Below are positions 1 to 11,095 of a stretch of 64,000 nt of DNA, piece by piece. The notes under the pieces are model-generated. The model was given only the letters and a program-made list of their open reading frames with translations, was not told the DNA's origin and did no database searches. Position numbers and translations under genes: made by a program. Position 1 is the stretch's first letter; each line of letters begins with the position of its first letter. The DNA lies in NCBI GenBank assembly GCA_025603075.1, contig MU626360.1, positions 13,531 to 77,530 of the forward strand, given 5' to 3'. The stretch is from Neoconidiobolus thromboides FSU 785. Lineage: Eukaryota > Fungi > Entomophthoromycota.

Positions 1-530
1 AAATTATGACATTGGAACTCTTTAGCATTATACCAAATAATATTGCCATTTTTGTCTTGCCTTATTAATATTTCCTCTTCCACATTATCTTGACTATTGA
101 AGTTGTATAACAAATCTTTTACTTTTTCATTATAAACTTCTAAAAATTGAATTTTAATGCTATACTCTTTTAACTTTGGTAATAAATCAATAATAAAATT
201 TTGAATTAGCCCATATTTCTGAATTTCTTGATGTTCAGTCGAGGTCCCTAAAGTGTACGTTTTCCCAGTACTCGTTTGTCCATACGTAAATAATGTTAAA
301 TTATATCCTTCAAGCATATTGTTTATGTATGGTTTCAAAACACCTTGATAAATTTGTCGTTGATTTTGGTATTGAAATATTTTATCAAAAGAATATTTTA
401 ATGCACCGGCGTTTAAATCATTAGGTGACTTGATGATTATCTCTTTATCATCGTGGTTGATAAAATTAAGGTCATCTATCCTTGTACTTCTTATTCTTAA
501 ATAAACTTTGATTTTAAGGGAATTAGTCAT
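1..530 (-). CDS. Kinesin motor-domain protein, 5' part (runs off the window start)
   Basis: Manual translation from ATG at 530: MTNSLKIKVYLRIR...YSFDKIF...MLEGYNLTLFTYGQTSTGKTYTLG...FLEVYNEKVKDLL. These are the kinesin P-loop and beta-strand motifs. Not in the ORF track because it is open-ended. Confidence 0.92.
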   Translation of the reverse strand, partial: MTNSLKIKVYLRIRSTRIDDLNFINHDDKEIIIKSPNDLNAGALKYSFDKIFQYQNQRQIYQGVLKPYINNMLEGYNLTLFTYGQTSTGKTYTLGTSTEHQEIQKYGLIQNFIIDLLPKLKEYSIKIQFLEVYNEKVKDLLYNFNSQDNVEEEILIRQDKNGNIIWYNAKEFQCHN

Positions 531-1371
531 TGTAATATTAAATTTAAAAATAAACTATCAAGCTCTTAATCATTTTATTTAGTACTATTTGTTTTTTATT
601 TACTCGTTTCATAACTGTTATGTTTTTAGTTAACTTTCAAAACGAGATTTATTTTAAGTAACTAAAATCCAATCAATTTGCATCTACTTTGCTTTTTACT
701 GGCTAACTATTTATTTACTATTCAAAATATTAATTCAAACAATTATAAATTCAAAGCATCTAGAACAATCAACTATATCATTTTACTTCAAGTTTTCAAA
801 TACAACTTTTTAAAGCTTGATCTTTTAAAACCTTTTCCTATATAACTTTTTTGAAACAAATGTGGATTTGGCTTTTAGAACCAAATCAATAGATAATGCT
901 AAATATGGTAAATCAAAAAAATTAATAGAAGCCAATTAAACCATTTGTACTTTGCAGCTGATAAAACTCTACCCCAAATATTTTAGACAAGTTTGACAAT
1001 AAGTATTAAAAACATTTGTTATAAATAAGTAGTAAAGGGTTTTTCGCAACCCTTCTTTCGTATTTAAAAAAATACTTACAAGCTAATTCTATAAAAACTA
1101 GTTTCAGAATAAGCTGAATTTCAGCTAAGAATTACTATCTAAAGCAATATACTGCAATACTATAAAGCTTATTGTAAACGCAGTGAATTTTACAATACAT
1201 TTGATATTTAGGACAAATTTTCTTTGGTGGTTATTTCCTAAATTTACCTGAATCATATAACATTGAATTTTAGCAAGTGTATAATAATCTTTTAAAAATT
1301 TACAAAAGGAATCCACTTTGATGCAAAGTTAAAATAAGTATTAATATTTTATTATTAATTGTTTAATTAAA

Positions 1372-1444
1372 GCCTTCTTGGCTCAGTTGGCAGAGCGTCC
1401 GCCTAGTAAGCGGAAGGTCATTGGTTCGATTCCGATAGAAGGCA
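1372..1444 (+). tRNA. tRNA-Thr(AGT)
   Basis: Cloverleaf: acceptor GCCTTCT/AGAAGGC, D-arm GCTC/GAGC, anticodon stem TCCGC/GCGGA with loop CT-AGT-AA, T-loop TTCGATT; T-run downstream. Confidence 0.95.
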
Positions 1445-2422
1445 TATTCATATTTTCTTTTTACTGATTTTCACCCTACCAGCCTGTCTCAATAAAACTT
1501 TTAAGCTTTTATAGTTTTTTTTCGACAATAATCGAAAGTGGACAAGATTAAAATCTAGTACAAAAGTTTTTCAGTTAAAACTACACTAATCTTAATTATG
1601 ATATTTTGCAATCATAAAATTTTTTCAAAGTTTGGTTAATATTTTTTAAAACAGCTATAATAGGACAAAAAGCCTGTAAATGCTGAGATTTTATGGTCAC
1701 ACAGTATTTGTAGCTTATTACTATAAAAGCTTTTTATCGTAGTAATTTTATTTTAAATTTATATAGAATAAGATTTTCGGCAACTTTAAATAAAAGATTC
1801 AACAATAACATCACATCTATTTACTTTTAAAGTTAAAATTGTGAAGCCTGGTACTCAATGATTGGAGTCAAAAACAGCTATTGCCTGGTTGACTACACTG
1901 TAAGTCGAAAGGTCTTAGTTCATGTGACTAATATAGACTTAGATTATGAAGAATACCACATAATAGGCTACAGACCATGTAAAACAAATACAATAGACAA
2001 TACTAATATAAAATCTACGTAAAATACTATTAAGTAAACTTAGTGGCTTTATTAAATGTACGAGATATCAGGGAATAATTTAGTTAAAAAGCCTCGGAGC
2101 TACTATGTTCTAGGGTCTCTTTTATATTCCAACAAGTATGGATATCAAAACGGGGAGATAATATCCTTCGGAGTCATGGGATAGAAATTCACATAACAAA
2201 TCAAAATAAGAGCATGGGATTGATTGCCTTTAAACTAGAGAGCATAATAGCTTAGGTGATTATTGTGCTATAGTTAACCATGAGGCTGACAAAGTGATAT
2301 TTCACAACTAAACATACTTTTTTAAATGTTAGTATAGAATTTACGCAATTTATACAATTTTTTTAAAAGACTTTTTTATTGCTATATTTATTTTGTTTTC
2401 AAGTAATTTTTCTTAATTATAT

Positions 2423-2519
2423 GAGGCTGTTTTTTTTAGTTTCATTATTTTTCCATTTTTTAAGCGCTATTTGAGTGGAAAGATTGTAGTAAAATTCTTA
2501 AACAAAAAAACACATCCCC
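2423..2519 (-). mobile_element. MITE family A copy 1 (~97 bp)
   Basis: GAGGCTG...CATCCCC flanked by ATAT/ATAT; nearly identical to the copy at 27160. Confidence 0.9.
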
Positions 2520-2536
2520 ATATACTAAATTCACAT

Positions 2537-2630
2537 GGTGATGTTTTTTTGTGTTTAAAAACTTTACCAACAGTTTTTCCACCCAAATAGTGCTTAAAGA
2601 ATAAAAAGGTGAGGTCAAAAAAACACCTTC
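2537..2630 (+). mobile_element. MITE family A copy 2 (inverted, 17 bp from copy 1)
   Basis: GGTGATGTTTTTTTGTGTTTAAAAACTTTACC...AAAAAAACACCTTC; diverged. Confidence 0.8.
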
Positions 2631-2941
2631 GTATATTAAAGCTATAGTCAATAATAATCCTATTTATTAGCTTTCGTTTCTTGTTTTCTTTAAACCATTA
2701 ATTTTATACATTACTTGATTAAGTTTATTATTGATAATAATAAACTTTAATCATCTTTATTTTATTTTATTTTGTTACAGAATCCTATAAATTTTGGATT
2801 ATTATAAATACCTGTTAAAATTAATATAAGTGAATTATAATATTTATTAAAAATCCAATAAGAATAAAACAATTAAAATAAGTTTTTTAAGTTAAACTTT
2901 TTTTTATTCGATTTAAGCTTTTTAAATTCAACTAACTATAC

Positions 2942-3030
2942 AGCGGTGTTTTTCCTGATTCATCACTTTTTCCATTTTTTTAAAGCACTGTTTGGGTGGA
3001 AAGGCTGTCAGTAAAATCCTCAAATATATT
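2942..3030 (-). mobile_element. MITE family A copy 3 (degraded)
   Basis: Core TTCATCACTTTTTCCATTTTTTTAAAGCACTGTTTGGGTGGAAAGG...AGTAAAATCCT matches the family; termini eroded. Confidence 0.7.
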
Positions 3031-3126
3031 AAAGACTTGTAAATTTAAAGCTCAAAACCTAGGTTAATTTTTAAATAAATTCCGGAACTGATTTGGACAT
3101 CCCCATATGAACTAAAATTAGTATAT

Positions 3127-3224
3127 GGGGATGTTTTTTTTGTCTCCATTACTTTTTCCATTTTTAAGCGCTATTTGGGTGGAAAAATTATTATCAAAAT
3201 TTTTGAACGAAAAAATATATCACC
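3127..3224 (-). mobile_element. MITE family A copy 4
   Basis: GGGGGATG...TATCACC with ATAT/ATAT flanks; an isolated terminus (CATCCCCC-ATAT) lies just upstream. Confidence 0.85.
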
Positions 3225-3830
3225 ATATTTTATATTAATTATAAATTAAGTATGCTTTTAGATTGATTTATTACTAGTTTAAATACATAAAACCTACTGG
3301 TTTAAAACTAATAATATACATGATTGCCTTATGAGTTATAGATTGCTTTTATTAAATATAAATTATAAAGTGAATAATAAAATCAAAATAATCCATCTAT
3401 GTAGATTTTATGACTTATATTTTTAATTGGTTTTTTTATATCAAGTCTTATGATCTATTTATTCAATTTTTAATCTGATAAAGGATTCATTGCAAATTTG
3501 AATATCCCGTATCTAATCGTTATATTATTATCCAAGGATTTATCTTTATTTGATTTTTTTCACTGATAATCTTGCAAGTATAAAAAAGAGAAAAAATATA
3601 AATTAAAAATTTCGGGCAAGTGTTAAAATAAGGTGTCAAAAATTCTAAAAGCAAGGATTAACTAAAAATAGCTATTATAATGACTACATAGTTTATCTCT
3701 GATACTTCATAGCCTTATTACGTTATTTGTTAATTGATTAATGTTGCTATTTACTCATAAATTTGTGCAATTTAAATTATTTAGAGTAAAGTGCGAAGTT
3801 AAAAGATATTAATATTTATGAATTTGAATA

Positions 3831-4877
3831 TTAAATAGATAGTTTATTAAAACACTTTAATTTACAGTCAAAGAACCTTGTATCTAGAAACGTTTCTTTT
3901 TTCTTTAACAAAAAATAGCCTCTAGTTTGATTAGTTGTTGAATCTAAACTTAACATTGAATCAAATAGCAATTTTAAGTCTACAAAAAATGGAGGGTATT
4001 TAAACCTAATTGTTTCAAGAGTTAGATCTAAATACAAAATTAGATATACTAATTTAGTTTACCTAGCCATATCTAAAACTAATACTTTATCAGTAATGGG
4101 ATCATAAGCTGCGATTGGTGAAAAATGGCCTGTCCCTGTTTGACCTAAGGTTTTACGATAAAAATTTAAAACTAAGCTTTCATTTTGTGAGCTACAAACT
4201 CTTTTTATATCTAAGCGAAATTTTTCTAAATCTAGGTTATCTCCACGCTGGCTTTGAACCTTGCAATGTCTTTTAGAAATACCTAAAAAAAGAACTTTTA
4301 GTATATAGACTGTAATATGATACTTTTACTTACAATGAAATTGATCAAACGTTACACCATTTTTTAGTATATATTCTGTAGGTATACATGCTTCCTCTAA
4401 TACAACACCTTCATCATACCTAATGAATAAAGTATTATTAAGCTGCTATTTTTAATATATAACTAGTTACCATCTCCAAACTCCTTTCCATTGTTTTAAA
4501 GGATCGATCCCCAAAGCGTTTAAGCACATTACTAGAGAGCTTACACCACAAACTAAAAATTATAAGCTGAAGTTTTAAGTATTTGGGATAATATTACATG
4601 CAGGTTCACTTTGAAAAGAGAAATGGCCAACTGTATTAAAATAAGCTTCGGTATATCCAGATTTCATAGAGTTTTTGAAGTGATCTTTTCCTTCTTTACT
4701 ACTCAAAGCTATTAAGTGTTTTGGTAATGGTTTTTGATAGTAACTCAGTGGTATATCTTTATTATTATCTGTAGCTAATTTGGCAGCGATCGGCGAACTT
4801 GTAAAAACATTGTTTGTATGTTGTAGGATGGTCGATAAACTAGATATTCTCTTAGTGGTCTGTTTTAACGAATTCAT
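3831..4877 (-). CDS. PCS1: Phytochelatin synthase (glutathione gamma-glutamylcysteinyltransferase), multi-exon
   Basis: Spliced reading gives QSEPAFCGVSSLVMCLNALGIDP..WKGVWRW, GQTGTGHFSPIAAYD and LDMARFKYPP, so the Cys/His/Asp triad motifs are all present. The 3' end is uncertain. Confidence 0.93.
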
Positions 4878-4980
4878 ATTTTAATAAATAGTTAGTTGAT
4901 ATAAAAAATAAAAAGAGATAAAATTTTGATTTATTAATAAATCAATTTTCTTTTATAGCTTAGCATTATCAGTTTTTCTA

Positions 4981-5338
4981 TTATCTGATTTTTTTTATTC
5001 GATTTAAGCCAATTATTTTGATGTAACTTGATAAGTTAATTACAATGTGATTTAAGTTGATTCATCTGATAATTTTTTTCATCTGATAATTTTTCATCAG
5101 ATATCTTTGTAGAACCCAGCTTAATTTTATAATAAATAAAACTTAAAAATTAATCTTACTGAATAAAGGTATTGTTTACATATTATAAATTGTTAAACCA
5201 ATATTAATAGAAATATGATTTAAATTGCCATTTTATATCAAAGTGTATCTAAATTAGTAATAACTGCCTATAAGTAGATAGGCTCTCTAGGTCTATTAAG
5301 CTTGATTATAATCTCTTAATATTAAAGTTATCAGATAT
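4981..5338. promoter_or_regulatory. Cluster of ATCWGATAW (extended GATA) sites upstream of PCS
   Basis: Sites at 4981-4989 (reverse strand, ATCAGATAA), 5064-5072 and 5081-5089 (ATCTGATAA), 5096-5104 (ATCAGATAT) and 5328-5336 (reverse strand, ATCTGATAA); all 100-460 bp upstream of the PCS ATG. Confidence 0.6.
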
Positions 5339-6293
5339 AATCAACAGCAGTTTATTAGTAAAACAACTACTAATAAGATCTTAAACCAATTATGAAGTTA
5401 TAATTCTTTGATATAAGTTAAAAATATCAGTACAAGTATAAAATGACCCATATTAAATAAACCAATAGCTTTAACGTATAACTGCGTTTTTTACCTATTT
5501 CCTTTTTTGCTATTTTAAAAGTTGAAATTGATCTGCTAATGCAACTATTTAAGTTCAAATGTGCGCTAATAAATGGCAAATTTTGTAATTGATTATTTGC
5601 TTATCATAATAGCTTGACACCTACTATCTAATTCTTGTTTTAAAACAAGCAATTAGCTAATACTTAACCAAGTTTGAACAGGATACTGTTCAATTAACTT
5701 CTAAACTTAAAGAAATAGCAAAAAAGGACAATCAGTAAAAAATATACCCATATGTATAATTTAACTTATAGCCACACCAATTACTTGCAAAATTAAGAAT
5801 GACTTCATTTGTAAGATAGATTTTTAGAATTGTAATATCAAATTTTTATCTGTTGAATATCAGATTAAAAGTATAGACGGAACTTTATATTTATATTAAG
5901 TATTTTAAAAAATATCAGTGGTCAAAAAAATATATAATATTTCACCTGCTTGCAAATTTTGTTTTCTGTTTAAAGAAAAAGGTTTTTTAAATAAGTTTAT
6001 TTGTAAGCTTTTACTATAGCTTTGTATCATTAAATGTACCAACAAAGTATAAGCCATACAATTTATATTTGATACTTGAATACAATATTTATTTACAATT
6101 AAGGCTAAATTTTCAAGTTCTTATTTATTACAATATAGCATTATTTTGCATCATTTTGGAAATAATGATTGATTCATGTTTTTTATCATTATAAAAGGAA
6201 TAATCTCATATTATCATCATTAGAATTAGATGGATATATAACTTATGTTAAAGTTAAATTGATAAAAAAGTTATTTTGAAAAAGCCAATGAAC

Positions 6294-6390
6294 GGGGATG
6301 TATTTTTGTGTTTAAGAATTTTACTAACAAATTTTCCATTCAAATAGTGCTTAAAAGATGGAAAAAGCGATGAAGCTAAAAAACACCCCC
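6294..6390 (+). mobile_element. MITE family A copy 5
   Basis: GGGGATGTATTTTTGTGTTTAAGAATTTTAC...AAACACCCCC; TSD imperfect (GAAC/AAAT). Confidence 0.88.
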
Positions 6391-6525
6391 AAATACAGAA
6401 GTGATTAAAAATGATTAAGGGAAAAAATAAAATACTAAAAGCAGACTTTAGGTAAAAACAGCTGCACGAATTGTAAGTCATTGTTTACAGTTTTAACCTA
6501 GTTCATTTTCAAGAGTAAAAGTAAC

Positions 6526-6596
6526 TTCCTCATGGGGAATCGAAGCCCAATCGCTCTGGTGAAAGCGAAAAACATCAGCCATTAGACCTTTAATCT
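6526..6596 (-). pseudogene. Degenerate tRNA-Glu(TTC)-like sequence
   Basis: The minus strand reads GGTCTAATGGCT..CGCT-TTC-ACC..TTCGATTCCCCATGAGGAA. Glu-type D-arm, anticodon loop and T-loop are recognisable, but the 5' acceptor strand does not pair with the 3' strand. Confidence 0.6.
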
Positions 6597-7083
6597 GTTT
6601 CAGTCTACCAATAAACGTTTACATGCCTTTTGACTCGGTTTCCTATACTTTGATAACAACTTAATCCACTTAACTAACCTTCAGTTAAATCCCAACTACT
6701 GGACCATAAAGAGCTAATATTAATGTTAAAAGTTTAATATAGCCTGTTTTTGAAATAAAGTTAATTAAATATTTTAGCCATTGGAGTTTATGTATTCCTT
6801 CTAGGTTTTTAAATAGAAAGCGTTCTAAACTCTTTTAAGAATATGACATTTTACATTATTTAGCTTGACAATGGTACTAATATTCGATTTTGTACTATTT
6901 ATATACTTAATTATATATATATTAGATATTTATAAGCTAATATTTTGAAGAATGTTAAAAGGTAACAAAGTTTAGATAATACTCATGACTAAATAATGGA
7001 TAATAATAAAACAGATAAAGTAAGATATATAATTATTTATTTTTTTCAAAAAAAGGCTATTTAACAAATGCAAACAAGCGAAC

Positions 7084-7998
7084 TTAGCAAAAGTTGCTAT
7101 CGATCAAAATACCAAAATACTCTACATGCGAAGGAAGGTCTAATACAACCCTAGGTACACCAAGGGAACAGTTAGGATCTTCTAAGGCTGTGTTAGAACA
7201 ATAGTGAGGCCCCCTTCTATCTAAGTAAATTTCGTTACCATGATGGGTATAATCCAAGACTATTCTTGGAGGGAGCCTTGGTATCAAGTCAGCAAACTGA
7301 ACTACTCGCGCTGTTTTTAACGGTTTTGAGTTATACCATCTAGCAAAATTGGAGTTCCCTACACGCGTTTGGCCATAAGTGAATAAGGAAATACGTTCCC
7401 AATCCAAGTCAAGGACAGCTTGGGTTCTAGCAGCTGCTAGAGAAGCTATCGAGCCACCCATAGAATGGCCAATGAATTTTATATTGTAATTCTTGTACTC
7501 TTCTTGTTGTAGCAATGAATCAATGATTTCCAAAAACTGTTTAGATACAGAATCCATTGCTCGATAAATACCAAGATGAACACGTATTTTGGTATCTCCA
7601 GCGTCTGGGAATTGAGTGTTTAATAGATAAGTGGTATCCAATAGGTTACTGATACTATTTAACCCACGAAATACTATAAATATTGATTTATCGTCTTCAT
7701 CAATACCTACATAGCCTTGAATTTCAAATAAAAAGTCACTAAACGCTTGTATAAATTTTGTATTTGGAAGAGTATCACATAACCTACAATCCCAGTTTTT
7801 TATTTTATTAGGGTTGCATAGACCACTAGCCGCGTACCATACATTTCTTTTGGCTTCTTTTATAGTCGCTCTTTTAGTAACATATTTTAGACCCAAGCTA
7901 TGATCTGCTATAGCTAAATCGTATATCTCTTCAGAGGTTATTAATTGGGAATATATAGTGTGAAAAGTTAAAAAGAATAAAAATAGAAGGGAGTTCAT
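7084..7998 (-). CDS. Secreted class 3 lipase (alpha/beta hydrolase), intronless
   Basis: Signal peptide; VFRG, GHSMGG nucleophile elbow, TYGQTRVGN, D in ADLIPRLPP, C-terminal His (HVEYFG). Confidence 0.93.
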   Translation of the reverse strand: MNSLLFLFFLTFHTIYSQLITSEEIYDLAIADHSLGLKYVTKRATIKEAKRNVWYAASGLCNPNKIKNWDCRLCDTLPNTKFIQAFSDFLFEIQGYVGIDEDDKSIFIVFRGLNSISNLLDTTYLLNTQFPDAGDTKIRVHLGIYRAMDSVSKQFLEIIDSLLQQEEYKNYNIKFIGHSMGGSIASLAAARTQAVLDLDWERISLFTYGQTRVGNSNFARWYNSKPLKTARVVQFADLIPRLPPRIVLDYTHHGNEIYLDRRGPHYCSNTALEDPNCSLGVPRVVLDLPSHVEYFGILIDSNFC

Positions 7999-9297
7999 TA
8001 TTAATTAGATAAACTTATTTCTTTTCTCAAAAAAATAATCAAAAGTTATGATAAATAAAAGAATTGAAGTATTATATATATATTAATTACTTCTTTAATC
8101 TAGTGCCATGCTTTCCGTTATTTAAACTGCTCTCAATATTAAAACTCAACATTTCTTTCAACGGGTAGAATTTGCTACTCTATTTTTGGAAACTGAGCAT
8201 TAATCGGTTTAAATTTCGAGTATACAGTTACTTCAACTCTATTTAACTTAATTTGCGAAGACTTTTAGAACTGATTATTTGTTTATTTAGCTTCTTTTAA
8301 CCTTAATTTGCAAACTTGGTATATTTTATCTAAAAAAATTCTTAAATGAACAGTTAAATATGTCACAATAAAGTTGCATCAATTGAAATTATTAAAGGAA
8401 TATTAATTGGTAGTTAAAAATATCACTCTACGTTACAATCTAGAAATTGAGATTGAAAATTTAATGCTCCTATTAAACAAGTTGACATTAAATATAGCCA
8501 TCATTTTCAAGGCAATTTTTAAAATGGAATTCAATGTTTAAAGATGTTCTGGCCTTCAAATCCAAAGTTTCTTTGGTAAGCCTTATATATCCTTTAACTA
8601 CTATCGATTCTATACTATTTGAACATTAAACTGACTAAAAATCACTTTTACAATGTCATCATTAAAATGCTTTTTATTACAATTAATGCCTATTTATAGG
8701 TTTATTTTCTAATGAGAAAGTTTATGTCAAGAACTATACAAAGCACATATTAGCTAAATTAGTACCCCAATCATTTATGCCTTATATTATTGAATTTGTA
8801 CTTAAAAAGTAGATAAAATACTAAAGAAATTATGTTATAACCTATATAATAGGACAACATATTTCAATTTGATTTTATAATATATCTGTAATTGAATTAA
8901 CTTATATTCAAATCTACCTTATAATTACTATAATGACTCAGACATTTAAGAAGCAAAACTTTTAAAGTCGAACATTCACTAAGTTTAACTCCATATAAAC
9001 TTGAAAGTTTTATCATCACAAAACTAATGTACAAACTAAGAGATGATGCCAGTATTATGAAACTGAAGCATTAAGGTGTTAATAAAACATTATTATCAGT
9101 AAATTTTAAAAGAATTTTTTATTAAGAAAAATGTTACAAGCTAAGCTTAATTTTTATTGATTTTTATTATAATTCATACTGCTAATAGCTTATACTATTA
9201 CTTTGTTATATAGATTTTTAAAATGATATAACAGCTAAAATATATATATTTGATGATGAAACTTGAGGATGCTAAAAATAATTAATAACCAAAATAT

Positions 9298-9396
9298 GAA
9301 GATGTATTTTTGTGTTTAAGAATTTTACCAACAAATTTTCCACTTAAATAGCGCTTGAAAAATGGAAAAAATAATGAAACTGAAAAAAACACTCCC
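9298..9396 (+). mobile_element. MITE family A copy 6
   Basis: GAAGATG...CACTCCC with ATAT/ATAT flanks. Confidence 0.88.
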
Positions 9397-10438
9397 ATAT
9401 TCTTCAAAAATGTCTTAATTATAGTTCTAGACAAATAAATATAAAAAAATACAAATGAAAAATAGTTGATTTTTTATAGCTAATAATTAATTAAAATACA
9501 ATAAAATTAAATAAAACCAAACTAGAATATAGTAACATTCAATAGTTACAAATATAAGAGGTTTTATTCCCAGGACCTTTATTTCCATGGTGTGTTTTTG
9601 ATATTAGTAGATATGGCAAACATACACTATCTACTATTTCAAAACAATGTGATTTGTATTAAGTTTCAAAAAAATAAAGACAAAGCGTAATACATCATAA
9701 TTACCTGATATTCGATATAAATTTCCGACCTAATGTTTATTTAAATAAACTATTTATTAGATCTTATTTTTATATTTTTTATGTAAACAAGATTAAATTA
9801 ACCACAATGCTATGCCTGAATTTACGAATCAGAGATAAATTATTGTATTTACAATTATTAAATAATTCTCTTATTGTTTATCTTTACGTTATTTAAAAAC
9901 TTTGAGTTATTTAACAGAATTTTGTACAAACTTTGTTTTGTAAGCTGTAATAGCTACTGGAAAGTAAATTAAAATAGTGCTAACAACCCAAAATTATAGT
10001 AATAAAATTAAAATCGAGATCATAAAAGAGAGATCATTTCAATGAAAGATGATTTCAAAATAAACTAAAATATTTATTTGATGAAAAATAGGAGGTAAAT
10101 AAAAGGTTAATTTAAACTAATCTAATATCATAGCAAATAGCATAAACATAAATTAAGGTAAAATACTAAAAACTTGCTTAAAAAAAAGATATAGAAATAA
10201 TAAACAGTGGTGACAAAATGACGACATAAAGAAGGTCAGACGGCTAATAGGTGGATTTAGAAAAAATAATAAATAAATAAACAAACATTTCACAACTAAA
10301 AATAACAAAATATTTATTATTATGAATCCTACAATTTATAACATTACACAAAACTTGAAAACAAAAAAAGTGAAAACACAACTCAAATGAGCTTACTAAT
10401 AGATTATGATTTTAATTTTTTCCTCTATGATACCAAAA

Positions 10439-11095
10439 TTAGTGCAATAAGCTTATTCCAACCATTGATAAACTGAACAAAATCGAACTACAAATTGAAA
10501 CTGCTGATGAGTCAACGTTGTTGAGGGCAGTATTCATTTTTTTGGATGTCACTACCAATACCACTGTAGAAGTAGATGAAATCTTTTTACCACCAATTTG
10601 AGTGGTTGTAACTCTAGTACTTGTTATTGTACTTTCACTATCGCTAGAATCCTTTGATTCCTTATCGCTACTTTTATCGTCACTACTGGTTTTACTATTT
10701 TTATTATTTTTGCTATCGGTAGTAGTATTGCCCCCATTACTCGTACTAGTATTACTATCATCTGTGCTAGTCTCAACCTCTTTACTAGTTTTTTTTTGCG
10801 TGGTAGTTGAAGATTCGGACGAAGAAGACTCAGAGCTTTTGCTACCTCCACTTTTGGCATTTATATCTACCCAATCAAACAAACATTTATTGTTGTCTCC
10901 ATACTCAAAACAATGAAATACATCTTTGCTCTCTTGCTTCCAACATGGTGGACAATCGACAGTACATACAGAGCTTTTATCACCACCTCGGTAACACACT
11001 TTACCATTGGTATCTGGTATTGATAAGCCATTAATACCTATGACTAAGCTGGCATAATAGATTAAGCTATTGGTAATAAAGGATTTAAACAACAT
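10439..11095 (-). CDS. Putative GPI-anchored cell-surface protein: small Cys-rich domain plus Ser/Thr-rich stalk
   Basis: Signal-like N-terminus, CYRG..CTVDCPPCW..HC..KC domain, long S/T/K/D-rich region and hydrophobic C-terminal tail. Confidence 0.75.
   Translation of the reverse strand: MLFKSFITNSLIYYASLVIGINGLSIPDTNGKVCYRGGDKSSVCTVDCPPCWKQESKDVFHCFEYGDNNKCLFDWVDINAKSGGSKSSESSSSESSTTTQKKTSKEVETSTDDSNTSTSNGGNTTTDSKNNKNSKTSSDDKSSDKESKDSSDSESTITSTRVTTTQIGGKKISSTSTVVLVVTSKKMNTALNNVDSSAVSICSSILFSLSMVGISLLH

Noticed and set aside
1830-2330. GC-richer stretch resembling decayed coding sequence
   Set aside because: All frames are interrupted and there is no recognisable motif; it cannot be assigned without a database search.
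2460-2651. ORF-track ORFs 2460-2651, 6254-6481 and 40539-40802 that share similar peptides
   Set aside because: They are read-throughs of MITE family A copies, not a protein family.
10602-11034. ORFs overlapping the GPI-type gene (10602-10916, 10624-10860, 10807-11034)
   Set aside because: Antisense or alternative-frame shadows of low-complexity coding sequence.
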